The notes beneath the pieces are model-generated. The model saw nothing but the letters and a program-made list of their open reading frames with translations. It had not been told where the DNA came from and searched no databases. This document shows, piece by piece, positions 63,316 to 64,000 of a stretch of 64,000 bases of DNA (the first letter of the stretch is position 1; each line of letters opens with the position of its first letter). The position numbers were made by a program, and so were the translations under genes. Origin of the DNA: Candidatus Iainarchaeum sp. (GTDB taxonomy: Archaea > Nanobdellota > Nanobdellia > Pacearchaeales > GW2011-AR1); NCBI GenBank assembly GCA_043815085.1, contig JBDRJG010000001.1, positions 1,594 to 65,593 on the forward strand. The letters are read 5' to 3'.

Positions 63316-64000
63316 TTTCCCTTAAAAAATCTTCCAATAGAGAATTTGGAATTTCTTTGCTGGTGTATATTTCAAATTGTTTTGCTGCTTGGTGAGTTGT
63401 CATAAAAAACCCCGGAATAACGGTTTTACTTAGTTTCTTGGCAGTTTTTATTAAATTTGTATCTCCAATAACCACATCCATAACAACTTCATAGTTAGAA
63501 ATAGATTCTTTTTCTATGGGGGTATCTTCCTTATTACAAAAACCTATACTTGTGGCATTAATTAGAAGAAATTTATTTGGGGATTTATTTCGCTCATCCC
63601 AATTTAAAACATTTGCATTTAGTCTCTTTGCTAAATCTCTTGCTTTTTCAAAATTCCTGTTCGCGATTGTTAATTTCCCACCTAAATCTCTTATAGCGTA
63701 TCCAATTGCTGTAGCAACACTTCCTGCACCCATCATTAAAACCTCTTTATTATTAATATCTGTTTTCTCCTGAATCGCCTTTTTTGCTCCGTAATAGTCT
63801 GTATTGTACCCCACTAATAATCCATCCTTATTCAGTATGGTATTTACTACCCCTATTTCGCGAGCAGAATCGTCAAGCTCATCCAAAAAATTTATAACTT
63901 CTTTTTTATGGGGCATTGAAACACTGCATCCATGAAAATTCTCCTTTAATAGAGAGGTCATAGATTTTAATTGTGAAGAATCAACTTTTAATGGAAAATA
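63305..64000 (-). CDS. shikimate dehydrogenase-like (AroE family) oxidoreductase, 5'-partial; the ORF remains open to the window edge
   Basis: GCSVSMPHKKEVINFLDELDDSAREIGVVNTILNKDGLLVGYNTDYYG matches the AroE substrate domain (NVTxPxK...GAVNT...GyNTDgxG). LMMGAGSVATAIGYAIRDLGG is the NAD(P) Rossmann motif. No stop is seen upstream in frame before position 64000. Confidence 0.6.
   Translation of the reverse strand, partial: YFPLKVDSSQLKSMTSLLKENFHGCSVSMPHKKEVINFLDELDDSAREIGVVNTILNKDGLLVGYNTDYYGAKKAIQEKTDINNKEVLMMGAGSVATAIGYAIRDLGGKLTIANRNFEKARDLAKRLNANVLNWDERNKSPNKFLLINATSIGFCNKEDTPIEKESISNYEVVMDVVIGDTNLIKTAKKLSKTVIPGFFMTTHQAAKQFEIYTSKEIPNSLLEDFLRENGK

Noticed and set aside
1-64000. CRISPR arrays, IS elements or transposases, rRNA genes
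   Set aside because: No short regularly spaced repeats, no transposase or integrase-like ORFs and no rRNA-like sequence were seen anywhere in the window.

Overview
AT-rich (roughly 30% GC), tightly packed archaeal sequence with small overlapping genes and archaeal-type ribosomal proteins, most consistent with a small-genome DPANN-like archaeon. Three blocks are present.

(1) 1-16.3 kb is a housekeeping region. The minus-strand cluster L11(partial)-Spt5-SecE-hypothetical-FtsZ is followed by an FKBP-type PPIase, aIF5A, L40e, a site-2 protease, TYW1/Taw1, an XPD-like helicase, two tandem DedA paralogs, a PurM-like gene flanked by two roughly 100-nt direct repeats, a DHOD-like gene, tRNA-Ser(UGA), AMP phosphorylase and an AI-2E family transporter.

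(2) 17.2-32.0 kb is the large archaeal ribosomal-protein operon running from L3 to L15, followed by SecY and a DUF106/YidC-like gene. Four unknown small ORFs sit at r-protein gene junctions. One of them is flanked by an 18-bp direct repeat that copies the S19 start.

(3) 34.3-64.0 kb is a cell-surface glycan/N-glycosylation island. It contains AglH (GlcNAc-1-P transferase), AglB/STT3, several GT1/GT2 glycosyltransferases and a GT10 fucosyltransferase-like gene. It also has SAM methyltransferases (FkbM and TylF families), UDP-galactopyranose mutase, a Wzx-like flippase and a sugar-phosphate module (nucleotidyltransferase(-kinase), IMPase-like, cupin isomerase, GatZ-like, KdsC-like HAD phosphatase). 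Four B12-binding (class B) radical SAM enzymes are embedded in it.

The most unusual element is a 47-aa hydrophobic peptide gene at 51737-51880. Its stop overlaps the start of a B12-radical-SAM gene (shared ATGA). This module is tandemly duplicated, and the peptide gene is internally deleted in the second copy.

Other oddities are duplicated promoter/5' leader fragments within the island, a prefoldin-like protein with a Cys-rich tail, and an AMP phosphorylase plus eIF2B-family (candidate ribose-1,5-bisphosphate isomerase) pair. All functional calls are from reading motifs in the translations. No database searches were run.
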